A stretch of DNA of 64,000 bases from an uncultured Actinomycetes bacterium (GCA_963787065.1 CAWBBQ010000022.1:18521-82520); one strand, 5' to 3'. Shown: positions 17,580-26,262, counted from the stretch's first letter. Notes: generated by a model not told the origin, from the letters alone. A program made the numbers and translations.

Positions 17580-18979
17580 CAGCGGACTGCCGGGCCGGGG
17601 GCGGGCTGCGCGAACGTGCGATGCACGTAACGGCCGGAGCCGGGCTCGGCGACGACCTCGCCGTCGCGATACGCGAGCTCGCCGCGCGCGTAGACCGCAG
17701 CCGGGCCGCCGATGAACGTCATCCCCTCGTACGGCGTGTAGTCGACGTTGCCGTGCCGGTTGGACTGCGTCGCGGTGACCTTCAGGTCGGGGTCCCAGAC
17801 CACGATGTCGGCGTCGGCACCGGGCGCCAGCGTGCCCTTGCGCCCGGCCATTCCGTGCACGCGCGCCTGGTTGGTGGAGAGGGCGGCGACGAACAGGTTC
17901 TCCGTGATCCGGCCCTCGCGCACGCCGTGCGTCCACAGCACGGAGGGGCGCTCCTCGACGCCGGGCAGTCCGTTGGGGATCGAGGTGAAGTCGTCGGCCC
18001 CGAGTTCCTTCTGGCCGGCGTAGTTGAACGAGCAGTGGTCGGAGCCGAAGATCTGCAGGTCGCCCGCCTGCAGGCCGTGCCACAGAGCCGGCCGGTTGGA
18101 CGGGTCGCGCAGTGGTGGCGAGCACACGTACTTGGCCCCCTCGAAGCCGGGCCGCGCGAGGTCGGCGTCGGAGAATACGAAGTACTGGCCGCAGGTCTCG
18201 CCGTAGACCGTCTGCCCGCGCGCGTGCGCCTGTTCGATCGCCTGCAGCGCGGCGGCGCAGGAAACGTGCACGACGAGCAGCGGGCAGCCGGCGAGCTCGG
18301 CCAGCCGGATCGCCCGGTTGGTCGCCTCGGCCTCGACCGCTTCGGGCCGCGTCAGCCCGTGCCAGCGCGGCTCGGTGTCGCCGCGCGCAAGCGCCTGCGC
18401 CTGGAGCTTGGCGATCACGTCGCCGTTCTCGGCGTGCACGAGCACGAGCAGGCCGCAATTCCGCGCGATCTGCATCGCCTCGAACAGATCCTCGTCGGGG
18501 GTGTAGAGCGGCGTGCCCTTGTAGGCCATGAAGATCTTCACCGTCGCGACGCCGAGGTCGCGCAGCGACGGCAGCTCCCGCTTCACGTCATCGGTGAGGT
18601 TCGTGATCGCCACGTGCAGGCCGTAGTCGATCCGAGCCGTCTCCGCCTTGCCCTGCCACGTCTCGACGGCCTCGCCCAGCGTGCCGTCCACGTCCTGGAG
18701 CGAGAAGTCGACCAGCATCGTCGTGCCGCCGGCGAGCGCCGCCGCCGTGCCGGTGTCCCAGTTGTCGGCGGTGACCGTGCCGCCGAACGGCATGTCCATG
18801 TGCGTGTGCCCGTCGATGAAGCCAGGCATCAGCTTCGCGCCGGAGACGTCGATCACCGTGGCGCCGTCGCGCGGCAGGTCGACGCCGACGGCCGCGATCG
18901 TCTCTCCCTCGACCGCCACGTCGGCGCGGAACGAGCCCTCGGCGGTGACGACCGTCCCGCCCTCGAAGATCTTGCTCAC
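17579..18979 (-). CDS. dihydropyrimidinase / D-hydantoinase
   Basis: From GTG 18979 (RBS AAGGTGG): SKIFEGGTVVTAEG...LMPGFIDGHTHMDMPFGG...VKIFMAYKG...VLVHAENGD...HVSCAAAL...GSDHCSF. These are the cyclic-amidohydrolase metal ligands. Confidence 0.9.
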   Translation of the reverse strand: MSKIFEGGTVVTAEGSFRADVAVEGETIAAVGVDLPRDGATVIDVSGAKLMPGFIDGHTHMDMPFGGTVTADNWDTGTAAALAGGTTMLVDFSLQDVDGTLGEAVETWQGKAETARIDYGLHVAITNLTDDVKRELPSLRDLGVATVKIFMAYKGTPLYTPDEDLFEAMQIARNCGLLVLVHAENGDVIAKLQAQALARGDTEPRWHGLTRPEAVEAEATNRAIRLAELAGCPLLVVHVSCAAALQAIEQAHARGQTVYGETCGQYFVFSDADLARPGFEGAKYVCSPPLRDPSNRPALWHGLQAGDLQIFGSDHCSFNYAGQKELGADDFTSIPNGLPGVEERPSVLWTHGVREGRITENLFVAALSTNQARVHGMAGRKGTLAPGADADIVVWDPDLKVTATQSNRHGNVDYTPYEGMTFIGGPAAVYARGELAYRDGEVVAEPGSGRYVHRTFAQPAPGPAVR

Positions 18980-19290
18980 GTGACCACCTTGCTCGAATGC
19001 TCGGGCAGGACGTCGACGATGAGGTCGACGTCCGCGCGGGTCGGCGACAGCGGGGGTCGGGGCACGGTCACGGTGTCCAGCCCCGCGGCCATCGCGGGGT
19101 GAGGCCGAGCCGCACGCATACGCCCCTCGAGGACCGACCACGTCTCGGTCCGGCGCGGGTGGACATGGGCGGCCAGGCTGCCGCCGCGTCGACGGTGCAG
19201 GTGTTTACCAGGTCGTCGTCCACGCGCTCGAACGAGTTGCGAACTCGGCTCACCGCATCGTAGGCGTCGCGACGATCCGTCGCCAGGCGC
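18976..19290 (-). pseudogene. possible degraded cupin-domain gene upstream of the hydantoinase
   Basis: Cupin-like pieces lie in two frames: AAHVHPRRTETWSVLEGRMR / VRLGLTP and AAGLDTVTVPR...DVDLIVDVLPE. There is no intact ORF. Weak call. Confidence 0.3.
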
Positions 19291-19586
19291 CTCTCCCACC
19301 GCGATCAACGTCGCCGATTCTGGGGCACGGTCGTTGCGGCGGCGATCGGTTCTGCCCACTGGCGGACGTGATTTCTTCCCGCTGGTGGCCATCGTTTCCC
19401 CGCTTGAGGTAGCGCGACAGCGTCGCGGAGCCGAGCGCGTAGGCGCCGCCGCGAGGCGGTGGCCACGGGACGGCCGCCCCGTAGGCGACGAAGGCCGATC
19501 GGCGAGGGGTGCTCAGACCGGCCGAGACCAGGCAGATCGCATATATCCCGCGCCGGTGACGCCGAGCGTGGCCGCGATTGAAGCGG

Positions 19587-19610
19587 TTTGGCACCCAAAT
19601 GTGGTGCCCA
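19587..19610. repeat. arm-type direct-repeat module (TTTGGCACCCAAATGTGGTGCCCA)
   Basis: It lies about 70 nt beyond the 3' end of repeat C. It is homologous to 40467-40490 and 19806-19830. Confidence 0.5.
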
Positions 19611-19680
19611 TCTCGATCACGGTGCCAGGGCTCGTGAGCCACCCAAACGAAAAGCCCCGCTGTCGCGAGGCTTCTGACGA

Positions 19681-19725
19681 CGGGAGCGACGGGACTCGAA
19701 CCCGCGACCTCCGGCGTGACAGGCC
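19681..19725 (-). repeat. tRNA-Asp 3'-end repeat C (45 nt identical to 40561-40605; attR-like)
   Basis: cgggagcgacgggactcgaacccgcgacctccggcgtgacaggcc is identical to the tRNA from its 3' end through the anticodon loop. The adjacent terminator flank 19651-19680 matches 40531-40560 at 27 of 30 positions. Confidence 0.85.
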
Positions 19726-19805
19726 CGTCTGGAAACCTGTTTTTAGCTCTAGTAAGCCAAATCTGGGCCGGTTCGTGGGTCCCATATCGGGCACGTCCCA
19801 ACCAG

Positions 19806-19830
19806 TTTGGTACCCAAAGTGGTACCCAAA
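19806..19830. repeat. arm-type direct-repeat module (TTTGGTACCCAAAGTGGTACCCAAA) 24 nt upstream of the integrase start
   Basis: Two tandem GGTACCCAAA units lie between repeat C and int. Confidence 0.5.
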
Positions 19831-19853
19831 CCGCCCGCCCCGAGGAGGACCGC

Positions 19854-20600
19854 ATGCCGACATCGTTCAACGGAGCGCTCGTGATCCGCGAGCAGAACGG
19901 GCGCGTCTTCTACGAGGCCAAGTGGCGCGACTCGCGCGGGCGCCAGGTCAAGCGCCGGGTCGGCCCAGCGTGGCTCGAGCGCGACGCCGCCGGCCGCTGG
20001 CGCCGGCACGGCGGCCGGGTCGCCGACGGCTGCTTCGACGAGAAGGCCGCGATCGTCGAGATGAGCCGCCTCATCGACCAGCGCGAGGAGTAGCTCGCCG
20101 CCGGACCGCCGCCGGGCGCGATGACCTTCGACGAGGTCGCCGCCGACTGGCTGCACCACGTCGAGCACGTCGACGGCATCAAGCCCTCGACGCTCAGCAG
20201 CTACCGCTACAACCTCCGCCGGCCCAGCGCGACGCCGCGCAAGCGAGGCCGGCGCAAGGCCGGCGGCCGCGTGATGGCCGAGTTCGGCGGCCAGCCCATC
20301 GCGACGATCACCACGGCCCAGGTCGAGCGCTGGCTCGGCCGGCTGGACGCCGAGCCGATCGCCAAGCGCACGATCAACATCCACCGCCAGCTCGTGTGCT
20401 CGGTGCTCGAGCATGCCGTCCGCCGGCCAGACCACTATGGCATCGAGACGAACGTCGCGCGCGCCACGTCGAAGCGCCGCGAGCCCGATGCCGCGGTGCT
20501 CGACTTCTACGAGCCCGAGAGGTCGCCGCACTGGCGCGCGCGGCGCGGGCGGGCGCGCACCGCGACCCCTCGCGACCGGCGATCTCGGTCGACGAGATCG
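19854..20600 (+). pseudogene. tyrosine recombinase/integrase, decayed (in-frame TAG, frameshift, catalytic domain deleted)
   Basis: ATG 19854 follows GAGGAGGA. The sequence reads MPTSFNGALVIREQNGRVFYEAKWRDSRGRQVKRRVGPAW...DQREE, then TAG at 20091-20093. It continues MTFDEVAADWLHHVEHVDGIKPSTLSSYRYNL...ITTAQVERWLGRL...DFYEPE, then shifts frame near 20520 (EVAALARAARAG). The R..HxxR..Y catalytic domain is absent. Confidence 0.85.
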
Positions 20601-21286
20601 GCGATTGCGTGGCCGACGTGGCCGTCAGCGATGAGGTGTTCGGGTTCTCCGTGGGCGGCGGCGCGGCGGAATACGCACTGCTGGACCACTACGCCGCCAA
20701 GCCGGTCGGGCTCTCGTGGGCCGAGGCCGCCGCGCTGCCGGTGGCGGCCGAGACAGCAGTGCGCGCACTCGACCTGCTCGGCGTCGCGGCGGACCAGACG
20801 GTCCTAATCAACGGAGCCGCCGGCGGCGTTGGGACCGTGGCCGTGCAGTTCGCCCGTGTCCGCGGCGCGCACGTCATCGGCACCGCTAGCCAGGCCAATC
20901 ACGAGTTCCTGCGCACGCTCGGCGCCGAACCGACCACTTACGGCGAGGGCATGGTCGACCGTGTTCGCCAGCTCGCCCCTGACGGCGTCGATCGCGCGCT
21001 GGACACAGCCGGACGCGGCGCGCTGCCCGACCTGATCGAGATCACCGGAAGCCCGGACAACGTCGTGACGATCGCCGACTTCACCGCCACCGAGCACGGC
21101 GTGCGCGTGACCAGTGGCGCGGACCAACGTGCCTGGCAGGCGCTCGGCCAAGCCGCCGACCTCCACGAAGCGGGGAAGCTGAGCGTGCCCGTCGAGCAGA
21201 CCTTCCCGTTCGACCAGGCGCCCGAGGCCCAGCGCAGCAGCGAGGCCGGACACGTCCGCGGCAAGCTCGTCCTCATCGTCGACTGA
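20600..21286 (+). pseudogene. NADPH:quinone oxidoreductase / zinc-type alcohol dehydrogenase-like, 5'-truncated and fused to the integrase remnant
   Basis: The tail of ORF 19334..21286 reads VAVSDEVFGFSVGGGAAEYALLDHYAAKPVGLSWAEAAALPVAAETA...LINGAAGGVGTVAVQFARVRGAHVIG...GHVRGKLVLIVD. The first roughly 70-80 residues of the family are missing. Confidence 0.8.
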
Positions 21287-21446
21287 GGCCCAACCACCTC
21301 CCCCAGACCGCCACGCCCTGCTGCTGCATCGGACGACATCCGGCCGCGCGCGACGCCGCCCAGCGCGCTATCGGATTGCGCGATAGGCGCAAGCGGCTCA
21401 GTGCGGGCAGGTCGGGGCCGGCCGCCGCGGCTTCGCGGTCGGTCGG

Positions 21447-21728
21447 TCAGCCGAAGCGGTCGACGATCCGGTCGGCGTAGACGTCCTGCCAGCGGGCCGC
21501 GGGCGCCGCTTCCGCAAAGGCGCGCTCGCACTCCACGAGTTCGTGCACGAGGTGGCTACGTGTCGGGGCCCGGCCGAGCGTGTCGGGGAGCTCGGAGTGA
21601 TCGATGAGCCAGTCTGCGTAGAAGGAGGCCCAGTCGTCGTCTGCGCCGTCGGTGATGCGGTACACGACATGATGGACCTCGCCGGCCTCATGCAGGAGCT
21701 CGCTGACGCGCCCGGTGCGGTCGTCCAT
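21447..21728 (-). CDS. conserved hypothetical protein (93 aa)
   Basis: A clean ORF with non-biased composition: MDDRTGRVSELLHEAGEVHHVVYRITDGADDDWASFYADWLIDHSELP... I do not recognise a domain. Confidence 0.6.
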   Translation of the reverse strand: MDDRTGRVSELLHEAGEVHHVVYRITDGADDDWASFYADWLIDHSELPDTLGRAPTRSHLVHELVECERAFAEAAPAARWQDVYADRIVDRFG

Positions 21729-22144
21729 GTCCGAACCCTACGTGCTGCGCGCCCGATTGGCGAGATCGGCCCGAGTTGAGCGCTGCGCACGAGAACGGGC
21801 GGTGGCGGCCGGCGATCAGGGCTGCGGGGGCCAGCCAGGTGGCGTCGGACAGACTCGACAACCGGCGCTTCCTGGCCATACGGGCCTCGCGACGGCGCTA
21901 CCGCAATGCGCGAGAAGCAGTGGTGGCCGCGCTGTCTGCGGGTGGCCGGCTGGCGATCTGACATAGCTCGCCTCGGTTGCCCGACCGAACCGAGTCAAAT
22001 TCGAAGCGAGAGGCCTTGCAGTTCGCGGGCATGCGGCGTCGAACTGGTTCCGCCGACTCGGGCTGGCTCGTGAACGGGTGTGGCTGCTCCGGCGGCGTGC
22101 CCGGGGCTCGGCGGCGCGCGACCGGCGGTTCACGCGGTCGGCGA

Positions 22145-23332
22145 TCAGCGCGCCGTGGTCAGCCTGACGTCCAGCGCGGTGGCGCACAGGGCATGCAGGA
22201 AGCACATCCGCTGGCCCATGGCGAGGATCCGGCTGGCCGCGTCCGGGCTCTCGGGCGAATCGAGAAAGAGGTGTGTCTCAGGGGCTTCGGCGGCGGACTC
22301 CTCGCCGTCGGCGGATCCCAGCCAGAGGTCCTGAACGAGTCGGCAGCCGTCCACGCGCAGCTTGGTGAGCTGCGCGTAGCGGATGACCTGGGTCGCGTAG
22401 CAGAACGCAAGGCCGGCCGAGACGTAGCTCAGAGCGTCTGGCGCGCGTGGCTCGCGACCCGTCGCCGCCGGACTGTCCGCGACCAGCCGAAAGTGCGATC
22501 CAGGGGGCTGGAAGAGGTATTCGTCGATGACCATCAGGCCGTCGTCGCGCGGGGCGCACACCGCGCGGGCGTGCGGCCGGCGGGCCTGACCGTCGGCGCG
22601 CGGTCGGGCGTCGCGCGCGTCTGGGAGCTCGCCCGAGGCATCGTCGACGACCTTGACCACGAGCGCCTCTGACGCCGGCATTGCGTCGGTCGCTTGATCG
22701 AAGAGATCACCGGGATCGTCGAGTGGCGGCCCTGCGATCGCGGCGACGCTGCCCGCCGGGATCCGTTTTCCGTTGACGTACAGCGCGAAGCGACCGGTCA
22801 GCGGGCGGCGCAACAGCCCATCGACGGGCGACGCGACGATCGCCTCCTGCGCGAGCGCTCGCAGGTCGGCGTCTTCGGCCGTGTTGGCCTCGACCCGGAC
22901 CTCGACGGGCAGCGCGCCACCGGCAATCGTGCCCCGAAGCGCCGACCCCTCGGTCGTATAGACGCTGTCCTCGATCACCCGCAGCGCGTCCAAGGGGATC
23001 CCGCGGCGTGTCGCCAGCGCCCTGAGCTCGTCGACGTAGGAGGAGGCCAGTCCGGCGCTGAACAGCCCGAGCGGCGGCGGCGCGAGGTCCGTGCCCCCGA
23101 AGTAATCGCCTTCATCGGAGAACAGCCGCCACGCCGGTCCCTGCCCTCGCTCCACCACAAGTGCCTCCTTGGCGTGGTGCGTCAGCGACCGCATGACGGT
23201 ACGAATGGCGCGCCCACGCCGCGCCTCAGGGAGCCCGACGTCGTGCCCTTCCTCCACGCGTGCCGCGCTGAACGCCGGCGCCGCCATCTCCCCGGTCATG
23301 GTCTTCAACTTCCCCGCGACGCTCGACGTCAC
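22145..23332 (-). CDS. tandem OsmC-like domain protein
   Basis: There are two OsmC/Ohr-fold halves. The N-terminal half has PPPLGLFSAGLASSYVDEL with no Cys. The C-terminal half has PDALSYVSAGLAFCYATQV and MCFLHALC. The start is GTG 23332 or ATG 23299. Confidence 0.8.
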   Translation of the reverse strand: MTSSVAGKLKTMTGEMAAPAFSAARVEEGHDVGLPEARRGRAIRTVMRSLTHHAKEALVVERGQGPAWRLFSDEGDYFGGTDLAPPPLGLFSAGLASSYVDELRALATRRGIPLDALRVIEDSVYTTEGSALRGTIAGGALPVEVRVEANTAEDADLRALAQEAIVASPVDGLLRRPLTGRFALYVNGKRIPAGSVAAIAGPPLDDPGDLFDQATDAMPASEALVVKVVDDASGELPDARDARPRADGQARRPHARAVCAPRDDGLMVIDEYLFQPPGSHFRLVADSPAATGREPRAPDALSYVSAGLAFCYATQVIRYAQLTKLRVDGCRLVQDLWLGSADGEESAAEAPETHLFLDSPESPDAASRILAMGQRMCFLHALCATALDVRLTTAR

Positions 23333-23593
23333 ACCGACCGCTGTGATCCCGACACCGTCGAGGCGGCCCCAGCCCTCTCACGCCGGGGCCAGACCCCGCC
23401 GCGTCACGAGCGCTGCCGCGCGTCGCATGACGACCAGCAGATCATTCCGAGGCCGACACCCCGCTGCTGCTGTGCGCGAGAAGCAGTCACGCGCGGCCTC
23501 CCTCCCAACCACCCGTGGCAGGGCCGGCATCGATCAACGCGAGTCATGCCTCTTCGCTTGGCCACCGGTCGAGAGCCGGCGCATTTCCGTCGC

Positions 23594-23628
23594 GACGGGC
23601 TGACTGCTGGAGCGACAGTCAGCCCGTC
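23594..23628 (-). terminator. 13-bp perfect stem-loop downstream of the excisionase-like ORF
   Basis: The arms are GACGGGCTGACTG and CAGTCAGCCCGTC, separated by a 9-nt loop. There is no U-tract, so the function is uncertain. Confidence 0.4.
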
Positions 23629-23649
23629 GAACGTCTGGGGCGCCGCGAG

Positions 23650-23790
23650 CTACGCCACTCTTCCCTTCAGCCACTCCTCGAGCATCGGCCTGGTGAAGCG
23701 GATGTGGCGCCCCAAGCGCAGGCAGGGAAGCGTGCCGGCGCGGACGGCCTCGTAGATCCAGCTCGGCCGCACGGCGAGCAGCTGGGCAGC
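23650..23790 (-). CDS. excisionase / AlpA-type helix-turn-helix DNA-binding domain (start codon unclear)
   Basis: Manual translation gives ...TTPAEAAQLLAVRPSWIYEAVRAGTLPCLRLGRHIRFTRPMLEEWLKGRVA with stop TAG at 23650-23652. No in-frame ATG or GTG lies upstream of the HTH, so it is either frame-disrupted or fused to the upstream pseudogene. Confidence 0.6.
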   Translation of the reverse strand, partial: AAQLLAVRPSWIYEAVRAGTLPCLRLGRHIRFTRPMLEEWLKGRVA

Positions 23791-23799
23791 CTCGGCCGG

Positions 23800-24802
23800 G
23801 GTTGTGGCGGGTGGGTTCGCTGCGCCACAGGAACCGGGCGACGTCGGATTCGGCGAGGATCGCGAGCCGGTCGCGGGTGCCGGCCAGCCCGCGCTTCTGG
23901 TCGCCGGAGAGCGAGTCGACGTAGTCGTGGATGCGCTTGGCCTGCTCGTCGGGCAGCGCGCGGGCCCAGACCTCGAGGCGTGGCGGGGTCCATCGCGTCG
24001 GCGAGCATCGCGACGGTCACCGGGTAGCCCATGCGCGCGCAGGCGCGCGGACGGCGTGGCCGAGGTAGCGCTGCGCTTGGCGGAGGTAGTGCGGCTCGGT
24101 GTAGGTCTCGCCGGCGAGGACCTTGTCGGCGAGCTCGGTGTCGGTGCCGTGCGCGAACGGGTTGTAGACCGCCGGGCCCTCCGGCGTCCACACCCGCAAC
24201 GTGCGCCGTGCCTTGCGGGCGGCGTGCTCGAGCTCGTCGCGCAGCAGCCGGTCGCCCTTGGGGTCGATCACCACCGCGCCGTGGCCGGCCTGGATCAGGC
24301 GGCCGGCGATCCACGCCTGGGTGACCGTCTTGCCCGAGCCGGTCGCGCCGACGACGAGCGCGTGGCGGCCGCTGGCATGACCGACGGGGATGCGGACGGT
24401 GCGGCCGCGCTCGTCGCGGCCGACCGCCAGGCCCCTGCGGTCGATCCAGCGCCCGCCACGGACGGTCGCGGCGCTCCACGCGGGCTCGCGTCGGCGTCGA
24501 GCGGGGTGCGGCGGTCGCGCGCGTCCTGGGCGCGATCGCCGCCGTGGCGCAGGTCGTCGTGGTGCCAGCGCGCGCCGGTGACGGTGGCGAACAGCGCGGT
24601 CGCGGCGATGAAGCCCGCGCCGTCCTGGTCGAAGGGCCACAGCAGCGGCCCGAGCAGGACGCCGGGCAGCGTCCACGTCCAGTGCAGCCCGAGCCAGCGC
24701 AGGAACGCCACGGCCGAGATCGTGACCAGGACGGCGCCGCCGATCGTCGAGCGCCAGACTGGTGAGCATCCGCACGAGCGGGTCAAGCGGCGAACCGGAC
24801 AT
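23800..24802 (-). pseudogene. TraD/TraG/VirD4-type conjugative coupling protein, truncated and multiply frameshifted
   Basis: The pieces are a TM N-terminus (VWRSTIGGAVLVTISAVAFLRWLGLHWTWTLPGVLLGPLLW, ORF 24295..24786) and a Walker A block (HALVVGATGSGKTVTQAWIAGRLIQAGHGAVVIDPKGD, ORF 24017..24802). GYPVTVAMLADAMDP and RLEVWARALPDEQAKRIHDYVDSLSGDQKRGLAGTRDRLAILAESD then follow in other frames. The C-terminal half of the family is absent. Confidence 0.7.
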
Positions 24803-25527
24803 CAGCAGCCTCCTTCAAGGCTTCCTCCAAGCGACAGGACTGGATGGCGTCGTGGGCGTGGACGGCCGAAACGGCACGGGAAACCGCACGCGCCACATGC
24901 GGCGGGGCGTAGTAGCGGACCTCGCGCGACGAGCCGGCAGCGCGCCCACGCGCGGCAGATCGCCTCAAGCCGCCGGGCGCCCTTGACCGACAGCTCGACC
25001 TCGACCGCCACCGGCAGGCCGCTGCCGTTTCGGGGAAACAGCACGAGATCCGGGCGCCGCAACCGCGGCCGGCCGTCCGGCAGCGTGCCGCGCTGGGCGC
25101 TCGCGACCGCGTGGCCCGCTTCGCGCTCGGCGGCGCGCAACCGCGGCTCGCCCCACACCACGCACCCGCTCGCGGCGCTCCAGCACCACCGCGAGGCGCG
25201 CGCACAGCGCCCAATGCCGGACCGTCGCCATCGCCGACGCGCGCCGGGTCGAGCTCCCCGAGGCCCGGCCCACGCCACGCCCTCCCTGGTCGCGACGTAC
25301 AACGCCGGCTGCCCGTAGACCAAGCGCACCCGCACGCAGCAGGCCGAGCTCGACGAGCGCCGCCAACCGCCGGTAGCGCGACCGTCCGCCCGACGCCGAA
25401 ACGCGCCATGACGTCCTGCGCGCTGACCGCCCCGATCGACGGCGACCCACGCCACGACCGACCGATCCCGATCGGTAACCACAAGCTCCTCCCCTCGACG
25501 ATCCGCAACGCATTCCGCGCAAGCCAA
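24783..25527 (-). pseudogene. replication-relaxation (Replic_Relax-like) winged-helix protein, heavily frameshifted
   Basis: Protein-like pieces rotate through all three minus frames about every 20-40 codons. They are LVVTDRDRSVVAWVAV, IGAVSAQDVMARFGVGRTVA, YRRLAALVELGLL, VRLVYGQPALYVATREG, LGELDPARVG, TVRHWALCARLAVVLERRE, PDLVLFPRNGSGLPVAVEVELSVKGARRLEAICRAW and VRYYAPPHVARAV. Confidence 0.55.
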
Positions 25528-25654
25528 TCACCAGGATGGGATGCCGGCGAAAACCTCGCGCTCTCCGACGCCGTCGCAACGCGCGAGCGCGTGCGGCCTG
25601 GAGAGCCCCTCGTCCCGAAGCGCTCGCAGGCCTGGCGCCGTCGGCCCTGCGAAC

Positions 25655-26143
25655 ATGTGTGCGTGTCGACCGCCCGAGCATTTTCACGGCCGCCTCCTCG
25701 AGCTGCTGCCGATCTACACCGCTACCGGGCAGCGCCTGGCGCGCCTTGACCCGACCGCGCCGGCCGGCCACGACGAGGCGCTGGCATGGGCACTGGCCGA
25801 CCGTGCGTGCCGGTCGTGGCTGCGCGGCACGATCCCGCCCCACGCCGACATGCTCGACGCCATCGTGCATGCGATCGAGTCGCTTGACCCCGTCAGCGAT
25901 CCGAGCACCGCCATGGACGCGGTCGAGGTCGCACGCGACACGCGCCTCATCGCCGAGCCGATACCCGGCACCGACGAGATCGTGGCGACCGCGCGCCTAG
26001 CCGAGGCCGTCGCGTATGCCGCCGCAAGCGGCGACCACCCAGCGACCGGACGGGCGGCAGCCGAATGCCTGTTCAGCCGACGCGCGCACGCGGGCGACAA
26101 GTACCTGATCGGCGAGGCCGCGGCCGTGCTCGCGGTCCCGTAG
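25655..26143 (+). CDS. hypothetical protein (island cargo)
   Basis: The C-terminal two thirds of ORF 25541..26143 have protein-like composition (LLELLPIYTATGQRLARLD...MLDAIVHAIESLDPVSDPSTAMDAVEVARDTRLIAEPIPGTDEIVATARLAEAVAYAAASG). The start is uncertain. Confidence 0.4.
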   Translation: MCACRPPEHFHGRLLELLPIYTATGQRLARLDPTAPAGHDEALAWALADRACRSWLRGTIPPHADMLDAIVHAIESLDPVSDPSTAMDAVEVARDTRLIAEPIPGTDEIVATARLAEAVAYAAASGDHPATGRAAAECLFSRRAHAGDKYLIGEAAAVLAVP

Positions 26144-26262
26144 CTCTCGTGCCGGCGGCGCGTCGGCTGGAGATAGGCAACCGGCGGCACCGTGCTCTCC
26201 CGCGCGACGTTGGCCATGACCCTCTGGAGCTTGCGCGCCGGCGAACGTCGACCCCTGGACGA

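Noticed and set aside
19300-19560. An HTH-like peptide (…AYALGSATLSRYLKRG…) on the minus strand, suggestive of a resolvase or transposase C-terminus between the hydantoinase operon and att repeat C.
   Set aside because: It is a single short motif with no catalytic domain or continuous frame. I cannot distinguish it from chance.
21907-23487. A 15-nt direct repeat, TGCGCGAGAAGCAGT, at 21907-21921 and 23473-23487, bracketing the OsmC gene.
   Set aside because: A single 15-mer match is within chance expectation for 64 kb of compositionally biased sequence. There is no additional flanking similarity.
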